The notes under the pieces: generated by a model
Database searches by the model: none
Told to the model about the DNA's origin: nothing
What the model saw: the letters and a program-made list of their open reading frames with translations, nothing else
Position numbers and translations under genes: made by a program
Part shown: positions 24,607 through 33,909 of the stretch, in pieces
How the letters are laid out: the number at the start of each line of letters is the position of its first letter
How positions within the stretch are numbered: position 1 is the stretch's first letter
DNA from: Acidobacteriota bacterium
GTDB taxonomy: Bacteria; Acidobacteriota; Vicinamibacteria; Vicinamibacterales; UBA2999
Reading direction: 5' to 3'
Length of the DNA: 37,526 bases
Assembly: GCA_021731095.1 (NCBI GenBank)
Contig: JAKFYA010000033.1
Coordinates: 1-37,526 of the forward strand

Positions 24607-25482
24607 TCAGCCTTCGAGCGGCGTCCAGCGGCCGTTGCCGAACCTGAAGCGGGTCTCCCGGGCGGTGAAGCCATTGACCGGCGGATAGAGCGGGTCCCCG
24701 GGCAGGGCCAGGAGCTTGCCGCCCTCCTCTTCTTCGACCTCGAACAGCCGCGGCTGCACCATCCAGCGGTGCGGGCCCGCGGCCCAGGCCAGAGCCTCCT
24801 CGACGGTCGCCCACTGCTCCAGCCAGCGCAGCGTGGTCCAGGTGGGCGGCGCCAGCAGCACCTCGCCGCGGCGGCAGCCGTCCAGCGCATCACCCGGTCG
24901 CATCCAGACAGCCTCGGTGGTCTCCCCGTCGTCGCGCAGCGGCTCCTGCCCGTCGGGCGCGAGCGCCATGAAGAAGCGGACGTCATACCGCTTCGTCTCG
25001 CTCTCCGGCGTCACCCAGTGGCCGAATGGCAGCAGCGCCGCCAGATTGAAGCGCAGATGCTCCCGCGCCGCAAACCCCTCAAGCGTGGTCTGGCCGTCGG
25101 CGATACGGCCGCGTGCCGCCACCCGATGCGCCTCGTCTGGCAGACGCCAGCCAGATGCCGGCTCGGCCAGCAGCAGGCCGGTTTCCTCGAATAGCTCGCG
25201 GATGGCACCAACCGCGTGTGCCACCGCGTCTACGGACGGCAGGTCGTGGGCCAGACGGGCCGCCACGACATCAAGTCCGGTGCAGCAGCGGGCCGGCTCC
25301 GCCAGCCTGTCGGTCGGGTCGAGGCGTCCTCCGGGAAACACGCTGGCGCCGCCCATGAAAGCCACCTCGTCGTGGCGGCGGACCAGACACACCTCGACGC
25401 CGGCGGTGGCGGGGCGCACGAGCACGACGGTGGAGGCGGGACGGGGCGTACGGACGGTCATGGCTGGAGGCGCGCCTTTCAC
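24607..25482 (-). CDS. NUDIX-family hydrolase
   Basis: 291-aa ORF. It has FPGGRLDP.... and the GAIRELFEETGLLL Nudix box (REx2EExGU). The start is either GTG 25482 (GTGA overlap with the upstream protease stop) or ATG 25461. Confidence 0.8.
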   Translation of the reverse strand: MKGAPPAMTVRTPRPASTVVLVRPATAGVEVCLVRRHDEVAFMGGASVFPGGRLDPTDRLAEPARCCTGLDVVAARLAHDLPSVDAVAHAVGAIRELFEETGLLLAEPASGWRLPDEAHRVAARGRIADGQTTLEGFAAREHLRFNLAALLPFGHWVTPESETKRYDVRFFMALAPDGQEPLRDDGETTEAVWMRPGDALDGCRRGEVLLAPPTWTTLRWLEQWATVEEALAWAAGPHRWMVQPRLFEVEEEEGGKLLALPGDPLYPPVNGFTARETRFRFGNGRWTPLEG

Positions 25483-26504
25483 GCGCGCCGGCGACGGGCG
25501 TGGCGCAGGCCGATCAGCCCGGTGCCCAGCAGGGCGAGTGTTGCGGGCTCGGGGACAGGCTGCGGCGCGTTGGCGTCGATCCAGTCGGCGAACTGCGACA
25601 CGCGCGTGTCACCGGCGAACTCGCCCCAGGACGAGTTGAGGCCGCCGTAGGTGTCACCGCAGATGGCGCCGCTCGTCGACCCCCACGAGTGGACGCCGGC
25701 GATGAGGCCGTTGATGAACAGGGCGCCTCCAGAGTCTCCGGGGGCAGTCATGCCCTCACCAGTCACACCTGCCTGTGGCATGCCGTAGCAGAGACCGAAC
25801 GGGTCGATCGCCGGGGCGAAGCCGGGGTTGTCGAAATCAAAGGCCAGCGAGGTCATGCCGAAAAACGGAGAGGTCGGACCGAAACCCCAGAACCCGTCGA
25901 CCACGTTGTTCACGACACGCCGGCTGCCGCTCGGGGCACCCGTGAGGCCGGTGCCATTGCCGGGGCGCCCATAGCCGGCCAGCGTGACGGCCTGGCCCTC
26001 TTCATCGGTGTCGCGATAGATGTCGTACCGCGCCACGCCCGCGACCTCGGCGGGGAGCTGCAGCAGGGCAAGGTCGCGCGGGTCGTTTGCGATGCCGCTG
26101 TAGCCGGGAAACAGGAGGGCCGTGGTGGTGGTGAACAGCTGCGTGGTCGTTCCGAAGAACCCGACCTGGGCACTGAGGCCAAGCGCAATCATGTCGTCCA
26201 CGCAGTGGCCGGCTGTGAGGATGGAGAAGCCGTTCATCAGCAGCGAGCCCGAGCACGACGAGTCCCCGGCGTTGCCGTAGATGTGGTCGTTGCCAAGGTC
26301 GATGAGAATCCGCACCACGCCGTCCAGCACGCTGGTGCCATTCAGCGACGGACCGGTGCCACTGGCCGCGTTGATGGCGATGGACGGCTCGACGACCGCG
26401 TCCGGGTCGAGGATGAAGGGCTCAGCGGAGGCCAGGCGAGGCATGGCCAGGGCCACGAGGCCACAGAGACAGAGGGCGACGAACAGACGCGGGAACCGGC
26501 GCAT
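25479..26504 (-). CDS. Secreted trypsin-like (S1) serine protease with C-terminal PEP-CTERM sorting signal
   Basis: Signal peptide MRRFPRLFVALCLCGLVALAMPRLASA. Catalytic triad contexts: LTAGHC (His), DLALLQL (Asp), GDSGGAL (Ser). The C-terminus VPEPATLALLGTGLIGLRHARRRRA is PEP + TM helix + Arg cluster. Confidence 0.88.
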   Translation of the reverse strand: MRRFPRLFVALCLCGLVALAMPRLASAEPFILDPDAVVEPSIAINAASGTGPSLNGTSVLDGVVRILIDLGNDHIYGNAGDSSCSGSLLMNGFSILTAGHCVDDMIALGLSAQVGFFGTTTQLFTTTTALLFPGYSGIANDPRDLALLQLPAEVAGVARYDIYRDTDEEGQAVTLAGYGRPGNGTGLTGAPSGSRRVVNNVVDGFWGFGPTSPFFGMTSLAFDFDNPGFAPAIDPFGLCYGMPQAGVTGEGMTAPGDSGGALFINGLIAGVHSWGSTSGAICGDTYGGLNSSWGEFAGDTRVSQFADWIDANAPQPVPEPATLALLGTGLIGLRHARRRRA

Positions 26505-26611
26505 GGCAGCCCCTCAAGACTAGCGCGGTTCCGGGTGCGCCTGCAGTCGGGACCCCTCGACATCTCAGGGGCGCCCGCCTGATCGTCGCGTCAACCGGGG
26601 CCAGTAGGCGT

Positions 26612-29600
26612 ATGCTCCCCGGTATGGGCGCCTCTGGTTCGATGGACCACAGGCCCGCGCCTGACTGGCTGGCGCTGGCCACGGGTGGTGCGGTAGCGCT
26701 GGTCGGGGGACTGGCCCTGGCAGGCTGGGTGCTGCACGTACCAGTCCTCGCCGCCTGGAAGCCTGGCACGGTCCCGATGGCACCGGCCACAGCGATCCTG
26801 TGCCTGATCCTTGGCACCAGCGTCGCGCGCTGGGCCATCGGTCCGGCGCCTGCATCGCGACACCGGGCCGAACGGGTTCTCGCCTGGGTCGGCGCAGGAC
26901 TGGCCACACTACTTCTCGGATCCCGCCTGGCGGGCCTTGCCACACCGGCCGAGCGGTTCTGGCTCGATGGATCGGTGTTCGACGGGGTCTTCATCGCCGG
27001 CTACACATCGCCTGTCGCCTCGGCCAGCTTTCTGCTCGCGGCAGTCGGACTGCTGCTTCTCCTGCGCGACGCCCCAGCGCGGGGGTCGGGCTCCCGCGTC
27101 ATTTCCGGCATTGGCGGCCTGCTCACCCTGGTCGGGGCCGTCTTCCTGGCTGCTCACCTCTTCGGCTCTCCGCTGGTCGCAGGAGATGGCTGGATTCCAC
27201 CGGCACTCAACACCAGCATCACGGTGCTGGCCCTGGGTGGCCTGCTGTTCACCTGCGGCATGCGCGCGCTGGCCACGGGTCGGCCGGTCAGCAACGACGG
27301 TCACGTCGGCAGGATTCTTGGAGGCATCACGCTCGGCGTCAGCGTGGTCGTCGTGATTGGGGCCTACGCCTACTACCGCGGTGAGGAACGCACGCATGTG
27401 CAGACGGCCGAGCACGACCTCCAGGGCGTGGCCACGCTGAAGGTAAGCCAGTTGACGCACTGGTGGCACGAGCGCGTGGGTGATGCCACGGTGCTCGAGT
27501 CGAGCCTGAGCGACGACGAGGTAGATGCGCTCGCGTCTGCCGCAGACACGCCCCCACCTGCCCGCCTGGTCCGGTGGCTGGAGGGATATCAGGCCTATGG
27601 TCAGTACGACCGCGTCGACGTGTTCGACGGGCAGGAGCGTCTGGTCTTGTCGGTGCCGGCCCGAGCGACCCGACCGTCGTCGCGCGTCACATCCGCCCTG
27701 CCGGAGGCCATCCGCACCGGTCGGCCCGCCCTGGTGGATTTCTTTCTGGACGAGGGCGACAGACAGGTGCGCCTGGCGCTTCTGGTGCCGCTGAGCCGTG
27801 ACGTCGCCGGGCACCATCGCTCGATTGTGGTCGCGCTTCGCATCAACCCCGATGCCTACCTGTACCCGGTGGTGCACGACTGGCCCACACCCTCGCCGAC
27901 GGCGGAAGGCATGCTGGTCCGACGAGACGGCGGTGACGTGCTGTACCTGAGTCGCCTGCGGCGCTACCCTTCGGCGCCTCTGGCAAGGCGGCTCCCGCTG
28001 GACCGGCGAGAGGTCGTCACCGTCAAGGCTGCGCTGGGCGAGACAGGTGCCATCCGTGGTGCAGATGCACTCGGTACGTCCTTGATGGGCTTCGCTGTCC
28101 CGGTGCCGGGAACGTCATGGACGTTCGTCGCACACCTCGAGCGGGACGAGGTTCAGGCCGGTCTTGAAAGCCGGATTGTCACCGTGGTTGGCCTCGTGGC
28201 GCTGCTGCTGGCGGCCGGAGGCGTGGCCATCTGGATGGTCTGGCTGGGACAGCAGGCGCGACAGGCTGAACGCGTGGCCACCATGACCCGGAGCGCCAGA
28301 GAGCAGGACGACCGCCTTCACATGGCCCTGAGTGCGGGCTCGCATGGGCTCTGGGACATCGACTTCGTGACCGGGAGCACCATCGTGAGCCCCGAATACG
28401 CCCGGATGTTCGGCTATGACCCTGCCACGTTTGTCGAAACGCTTGAAGGCTTCACGGCACGCGTCCATCCTGATGATCGCGCCACGGCGCTTCGCCCACT
28501 GACGGCGATGTCCGAGCCTGGCCGCGACGACCAACGGGCCGAGTTCAGGCAGCGCACCAGGGACGGCGAGTGGAAATGGATCCTCTCCCAGCTGCGGGTT
28601 CTGGCGCGCGATCAGCAGGGCCGCCCGCTCAGGATGAGCGGCATCAACTCCGATATCACCTCGCTGAAGGAAGCCGAGCAGCGAAGCCGCCGGTTTGGTC
28701 AGCTCTATGCCGCGCTCAGTCAGACCAATGACGCCGTTGCCAGAAGCACCACGACGGACGAGTTATTTCAGCGGGTCTGTAAGGCTGCGGTTGAGCAAGG
28801 CGGCATGGCCATGGCCTGGGTCGGTCTGGTGGACGAGGCCACGGGAGAGGTTCGGGCGGCTGCGGCCGCCGGTGAGGGCGTCTCGTATCTCAACGATATC
28901 CGGATCACGACCAACGCAGACGACCCGAACGGGCGCGGTCCGACCGGCACCGCGATCCGGGAGGACCGTGCGGTCTGGCTTGATGACCTCGCGATCAACC
29001 CGATCATGAAACCCTGGTTGGAGCGCGCGTCCGAGCAGGGCTGGACGGCGTCGGTGGCACTCCCCCTTCGACAGGGTGGTCGTGCCATCGGTGCCCTGAT
29101 GATCTACACGAGAGCCGTCACGGCCTTCGACGATGATGACCGGCGACTGCTGACCGAGCTGGCCAGCAGCATCGACTTCGCGCTAGACCGCCTGTATGCA
29201 CGCCACCTGCGGGACAGGGCCGAACGGGAACTGCAGTTGAGTGAGGCGCGTTATCGCGCCATATTTTCAGACAGCAGCGTGCCGATGCTGGTGATTGATC
29301 CGGTGTCTGGCACCGTGACGGACGGCAACCCTGCTGCCACGCACTTCTACGGCTGGAGTCGAGAGGCGCTTGTGGGAAAGCACCTCTCCGAGCTGAACGA
29401 CCTGACGCCAGCTGAGGTGACGGCCCGGGCTCAAGCCATCCAGCGAGAAGGCCATCAGTCACTGCACCTGCGCCATCGTCTGGCCACCGGTGAATTCCGG
29501 AATGTGGATATCTTCAGCGCACAGCTCCACCTGGATGGGCAGCCACGACTGCTGTCGGTCATCATCGACGTGACAGCGCGGGTCACCGCCGAGGCGTCGC

Positions 29601-30253
29601 TTCAGGAATCGCTGCACGAGAAGGACGCGCTGCTCCGCGAAGTTCATCACCGCGTGAAGAACAATCTGCAGGTCATTACCAGCCTGCTCAGGCTCGAGGG
29701 GAACCGGACCGCCGACGCCCATGTCCGGTCAGTGCTGGGCGACATGCAGAACCGGATCCGCTCAATGGCGCTCCTGCATGAGACGCTCTACCAGTCCGGC
29801 AATCTGGCCTGCGTGTCGCTGGATAACTATCTGACCCAGCTGGCCCAGCAGTTGTTCCGGGCCGCCAGCCCTGGTGCAGCCGTCACACTCGTGCTTGAAC
29901 TGGAGCCGGTGATGGTGAGCATGGACACGGCCATCCCCTGCGGACTGCTGGTGAACGAGCTGATGTCCAACGCGCTCAAGCACGGCTTCCCTGACGGACG
30001 CGCCGGAGAGGTCCGTCTCTGCCTGCGTCACACCGACGGGCACATCTTGGCGCTCACCGTCACCGATACTGGCGTCGGACTGCCGGCCAACTTCGTCCAG
30101 GCGCACGGCACGACACTGGGCCTGCAGCTCGTGACCAGTCTCGCGCGGCAACTGCGGGGCACGCTTGATGTCGGGCGCGGCGCGGGCGCCCGCTTCAGTC
30201 TGTCATTTGCACCACCCACGGCGATGCAGGACGAACTCCGGATCGACACATGA
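26612..30253 (+). CDS. Large sensor histidine kinase: polytopic N-terminal membrane module, extracytoplasmic domain, TM, PAS, GAF, PAS, HisKA_2, HATPase_c
   Basis: 1213 aa. It has ~6 N-terminal hydrophobic helices with a W-K-x-G-x-x-PMAPxTA motif and a ~250-aa soluble region flanked by TM helices. The PAS reads LWDIDF.TG....SPEYARMFGYDP. The GAF reads MAWVGLVDEATGEV...ALPLRQGGRAIGALMIY. The H-box reads EVHHRVKNNLQVITSLLRLE (HisKA_2 type). The ATP lid reads NELMSNALKHGFP...TDTGVGLP...LGLQLV. Confidence 0.9.
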   Translation: MLPGMGASGSMDHRPAPDWLALATGGAVALVGGLALAGWVLHVPVLAAWKPGTVPMAPATAILCLILGTSVARWAIGPAPASRHRAERVLAWVGAGLATLLLGSRLAGLATPAERFWLDGSVFDGVFIAGYTSPVASASFLLAAVGLLLLLRDAPARGSGSRVISGIGGLLTLVGAVFLAAHLFGSPLVAGDGWIPPALNTSITVLALGGLLFTCGMRALATGRPVSNDGHVGRILGGITLGVSVVVVIGAYAYYRGEERTHVQTAEHDLQGVATLKVSQLTHWWHERVGDATVLESSLSDDEVDALASAADTPPPARLVRWLEGYQAYGQYDRVDVFDGQERLVLSVPARATRPSSRVTSALPEAIRTGRPALVDFFLDEGDRQVRLALLVPLSRDVAGHHRSIVVALRINPDAYLYPVVHDWPTPSPTAEGMLVRRDGGDVLYLSRLRRYPSAPLARRLPLDRREVVTVKAALGETGAIRGADALGTSLMGFAVPVPGTSWTFVAHLERDEVQAGLESRIVTVVGLVALLLAAGGVAIWMVWLGQQARQAERVATMTRSAREQDDRLHMALSAGSHGLWDIDFVTGSTIVSPEYARMFGYDPATFVETLEGFTARVHPDDRATALRPLTAMSEPGRDDQRAEFRQRTRDGEWKWILSQLRVLARDQQGRPLRMSGINSDITSLKEAEQRSRRFGQLYAALSQTNDAVARSTTTDELFQRVCKAAVEQGGMAMAWVGLVDEATGEVRAAAAAGEGVSYLNDIRITTNADDPNGRGPTGTAIREDRAVWLDDLAINPIMKPWLERASEQGWTASVALPLRQGGRAIGALMIYTRAVTAFDDDDRRLLTELASSIDFALDRLYARHLRDRAERELQLSEARYRAIFSDSSVPMLVIDPVSGTVTDGNPAATHFYGWSREALVGKHLSELNDLTPAEVTARAQAIQREGHQSLHLRHRLATGEFRNVDIFSAQLHLDGQPRLLSVIIDVTARVTAEASLQESLHEKDALLREVHHRVKNNLQVITSLLRLEGNRTADAHVRSVLGDMQNRIRSMALLHETLYQSGNLACVSLDNYLTQLAQQLFRAASPGAAVTLVLELEPVMVSMDTAIPCGLLVNELMSNALKHGFPDGRAGEVRLCLRHTDGHILALTVTDTGVGLPANFVQAHGTTLGLQLVTSLARQLRGTLDVGRGAGARFSLSFAPPTAMQDELRIDT

Positions 30254-33200
30254 CTTCTGACGAGGCCGACATGTCGGCCAGGGTATTTTCCACGGGCAAT
30301 TCCCGGCTCGCGGCGCGGTTCACCTCTCTCCTCCAGGCCGTGGGTCTGGCCCTTTGCCTGCTCGGGTTCGCTGCGCTGCTGGCCAGCCGGTTCGGAGCCG
30401 CGTGGATGATGGAGTGGAAGACAGGTGCGCGCCCCATGGCGCCGGTGGCTGCGGCACTGGCGCTCATTGACGGGATCGTCATTCAGCTCATTGCGCGGCG
30501 CAGTGACAGCCCGTCAGCCCTTCGAGTCGCCCGGGTGTTGGCCACTCTGGGCGCCGTCGTCGCCGTCGTCGTCACGGTGGCACTCGAAACAGGCGCGGCC
30601 GTCCGGCTTCAGTTGCTGGTGTCACCCTTGAGCGGCTTTGCCCTGGATTCGCCGGACTGGCGTCTGGCAGGCATGACACTGCTCAGCCTCGCTGCCGTGA
30701 ATCTGGCCCTCGTGTCCGCCGCACACAGGGGGGCGCAGCGGCGACGCGAGTTGTGGCTGCAGATGGCGGCCGGCGCACTCGCACTGCTGACGGGTGGCAC
30801 CATTCTGCTGTTCCACCTGTTCGGCACGCCCGCGGTGCTGCATCAGAACCCTCAGCTTCCGGCTCTGGCCACCGGCGTGATGTTGTTGCTTCTGGGCGTC
30901 GCACTTGTCGGTCTCGGACTGCGCCTGCGAGGCTCGCTCTGGCTGGTGGACATGTCGGACGGGATGCAGTCAGGTCCCGTACTGGTGTCCATCTTCATCG
31001 GTGTCAGCACCATCACGCTCCTCGGTGGCTACGCCTACTACAGGAGCGAAGAGCGGCAGTTCCTCGCGGAGGCGGCGGAGGACCTGATCAGTGTCAGCCA
31101 CCTGAAAGTCAATGTGCTACACCAGTGGCGGCAAGAGCGGCTGGGTGATGGCGCCGTGATTGCTGGCGCGGCGCCGGCCGCTCTGATGTGCGGCGTGCTC
31201 GGGGATCCGCGGTCGCCGTTTCGTCCGCTGCTTGCGGGAACCTTTGCGTCCTATGACGCCTACCGCCAGTACGACCGGATCTATCTGCTGGACGAGACCG
31301 GTAGAGTGCACCTCTCCTGGCCTCCCGATGCCGGACCTCCGTCGCCGCCTCTCCTGGCAGTCGTGAAGGATGCGCGTGTCCACGGGCGGGCGGCGCTGAC
31401 CGACTTCTACACCGATAGCGAGGCGCAGGCGCATCTGGCGCTCGTGGTGCCGTTCTCGAATCAGGGGCCGGGACGAACCTGCGCGGGCATGGTGGTGCTG
31501 CGCGTGGATCCCAGACTGTACCTGTATCCACTGGTGCAGGGCTGGCCGGTACCCAGCGACACTGCCGAGAGCTTTCTGGTCCAGAAGGATGGCAATGATG
31601 CGCTGTATCTCAGCCACCTTCGCCGGGACCCGAACGCGGCGATGCACCGCCGGGCGAGCCTGTCACAGCCGGTGGCGTTGGCCTCTCGGGCGGGACGTGG
31701 CGAGCGAGGCTCCGTCGATGGCGTGGATTTCAGGGGCATGCCCGTAACGGGGTTCGTGGCGGAGGTGCCGGGTTCGCCGTGGATTGTCGTATCGCGAATC
31801 GAGCGGGCGGAGATCGATGCGGCCATGCTCACCAGCATCGTCTCGGTCTCCGGGTTCATCTTCCTGCTGCTCTCTGGTGCGGGCATGGCCCTGGCGCTGT
31901 CCTGGCGCAGCCAGCACGCGCGGTTCAGGGACCGTCAGACGGTGCTCAGCGAGCAGCTCCGCGCGGGCGACGAACGGCTGCGTCTGGCACTCGAAGGCGG
32001 GTCGCAGGGACTGTGGGATCTCGACCTGGAGCACGGCACGGCCGTCACGAGCCCCGAGTATGCGTCGATGCTGGGATATGACCCGTCGGACCTGGTGGAG
32101 ACGGTCGAAACCTGGCGCGCCAGGCTCCATGCCGACGACGTCACGCCGGCCATGGCAACGCTGGAGGCCATTGCCCGGGGTGAGCGGCTGTCCTACAGCG
32201 CCGAGTGCCGCCTCAGGAAGCGCGATGGCTCCTACCTCTGGGTGCTGTCGCAAGGTCGGGTGGTGGCCCGCTTGCCCAATGGCATGCCGAAGCGGATGCT
32301 GGGCACGCACACGGACATTTCGGTGCTCAAGGCCAGCGAATCGCGGGCGCAGCGATATGCCAACCTCTATGCTGCGCTCAGCCACACGAACACGGCCATC
32401 GTCCGTTGCCGGAGTACCGCCCAACTGCTGCCCCTCGTCTGCGAGGGAGCCGTGACCTACGGTGGCTTTGCCATGGCCTGGGTGGGCATGCTGAATGACG
32501 CCGGCACCGCGATTGATGTGGTGGAGGTCTACGGGCAGGGTTCGGACGAAGTCCGCAGCCTGGCCATGCCGATCAGTCAGGACGGGCCTACACGCTGCCC
32601 GACAGCCACGGCGATCCGGGAGGGTAGGCCCGTCTGGATTGATGACTTCGGCGGAGACCCGTCGACCGTCGCCTGGCACGAACGGGCGGGCAGGTACGGG
32701 TGGGGCGCAGCGGCCGCCTTGCCCTTGACGCGCGGTGACCGCGTGATTGGCGGGCTGTCGCTGTTCGGTTCTTCCGCAGAGGCATTCGATGACAGCGGTC
32801 GCGCGCTACTGACGGAGATGGCGTCGGACATCAGCTTTGCGTTGACCAACATGGCACGTGAAGCCGAAAAGGCCGGCATTGAAGAGCGACTAGAGGAAAG
32901 CGAGCGGCGCTATCGCCGCCTGTTTGATGAAGGTGGTGTGCCGATGCTCGTGCTGGATCCCGAGACCGGACGCATCGTGGACGCCAACCGGGCGGCTTCT
33001 TCCTTCTACGGTTGGCAGATCGACACGCTGCGGAGCAAGAACATCAGCGAGATCAACCTCGAGGGGCCTGTCGCGGTCAGGGGACACCTGGCGGACGTGC
33101 TGAGCCACGGCACGCGCAGTTTCAGGTTTCAGCATCAGCTGGCTGACGGTCGGATCCGTGAGGGCGAGGCCTCTGCCGTCCGGGTCGATGTGGAGAACCA

Positions 33201-33906
33201 GCCGCGCATCCACGCCACGATCATTGACGTGACCGAACGCAACCAGGCGCTCGCCGCCCTTCACGCGTCGCTTGACGAGAAGGAAGCGCTGCTGAAGGAA
33301 GTGCACCACCGCGTGAAAAACAATCTCCAGGTCATCACGAGCCTGCTGCGGCTTGAAGGTGGACGCTCGCCCGACGAGCGGGTCCGGACGGTGCTGTCCG
33401 ACATGCAGAGCCGGGTGTTGTCGATGGCTCTGCTCCACGAGACGCTGTACCGGTCTGACAATCTGGCTCAGGTGGACCTCTCGGTCTATCTCAACCAGCT
33501 CGCCACGCAACTGTTCCGCTCGATGGCACCCCCATCCGGCGTCACGCTGGCGCTGGAGTTGAGCCCGCTGATGGTTGATCTCGATTCAGCCATCCCCTGC
33601 GGCCTGCTGGTCAACGAACTGATGTCCAATGCGCTGAAGCACGGCTTTCCGGATGGACGCAGGGGAGAAGTCCGGGTTCAACTGGAGTCGGTGGCCGAGA
33701 CAGGCAGCCTGCGGCTGACCGTGAGTGACACCGGCGTGGGGCTGCCAGACAATTTCGAGGAACGTCGCACCAGTTCGCTGGGCCTGCAACTGGTGACGAG
33801 CCTGGCAAGGCAGCTGCAGGGCGCGCTCGACATCGCTCATGGTCCGGGCGGACGTTTCAGCCTGACCTTCGTTCCCCGCAGTGGCAACCATACCGCCCGG
33901 AGGTAG
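30250..33906 (+). CDS. Large sensor histidine kinase, tandem paralogue of the upstream gene (same domain order)
   Basis: 1218 aa; the ATG overlaps the upstream stop (ATGA). The motif series is the same: WKTGARPMAPVAA, LWDLDLEHGTAVTSPEYASMLGYDP, MAWVGMLNDAGTAI...ALPLTRGDRVIGGLSLF, EVHHRVKNNLQVITSLLRLE, NELMSNALKHGFPDGR. Some DNA stretches are nearly identical (e.g. 29941-30010 vs 33601-33670). Confidence 0.9.
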   Translation: MTSDEADMSARVFSTGNSRLAARFTSLLQAVGLALCLLGFAALLASRFGAAWMMEWKTGARPMAPVAAALALIDGIVIQLIARRSDSPSALRVARVLATLGAVVAVVVTVALETGAAVRLQLLVSPLSGFALDSPDWRLAGMTLLSLAAVNLALVSAAHRGAQRRRELWLQMAAGALALLTGGTILLFHLFGTPAVLHQNPQLPALATGVMLLLLGVALVGLGLRLRGSLWLVDMSDGMQSGPVLVSIFIGVSTITLLGGYAYYRSEERQFLAEAAEDLISVSHLKVNVLHQWRQERLGDGAVIAGAAPAALMCGVLGDPRSPFRPLLAGTFASYDAYRQYDRIYLLDETGRVHLSWPPDAGPPSPPLLAVVKDARVHGRAALTDFYTDSEAQAHLALVVPFSNQGPGRTCAGMVVLRVDPRLYLYPLVQGWPVPSDTAESFLVQKDGNDALYLSHLRRDPNAAMHRRASLSQPVALASRAGRGERGSVDGVDFRGMPVTGFVAEVPGSPWIVVSRIERAEIDAAMLTSIVSVSGFIFLLLSGAGMALALSWRSQHARFRDRQTVLSEQLRAGDERLRLALEGGSQGLWDLDLEHGTAVTSPEYASMLGYDPSDLVETVETWRARLHADDVTPAMATLEAIARGERLSYSAECRLRKRDGSYLWVLSQGRVVARLPNGMPKRMLGTHTDISVLKASESRAQRYANLYAALSHTNTAIVRCRSTAQLLPLVCEGAVTYGGFAMAWVGMLNDAGTAIDVVEVYGQGSDEVRSLAMPISQDGPTRCPTATAIREGRPVWIDDFGGDPSTVAWHERAGRYGWGAAAALPLTRGDRVIGGLSLFGSSAEAFDDSGRALLTEMASDISFALTNMAREAEKAGIEERLEESERRYRRLFDEGGVPMLVLDPETGRIVDANRAASSFYGWQIDTLRSKNISEINLEGPVAVRGHLADVLSHGTRSFRFQHQLADGRIREGEASAVRVDVENQPRIHATIIDVTERNQALAALHASLDEKEALLKEVHHRVKNNLQVITSLLRLEGGRSPDERVRTVLSDMQSRVLSMALLHETLYRSDNLAQVDLSVYLNQLATQLFRSMAPPSGVTLALELSPLMVDLDSAIPCGLLVNELMSNALKHGFPDGRRGEVRVQLESVAETGSLRLTVSDTGVGLPDNFEERRTSSLGLQLVTSLARQLQGALDIAHGPGGRFSLTFVPRSGNHTARR

Positions 33907-33909
33907 CCT

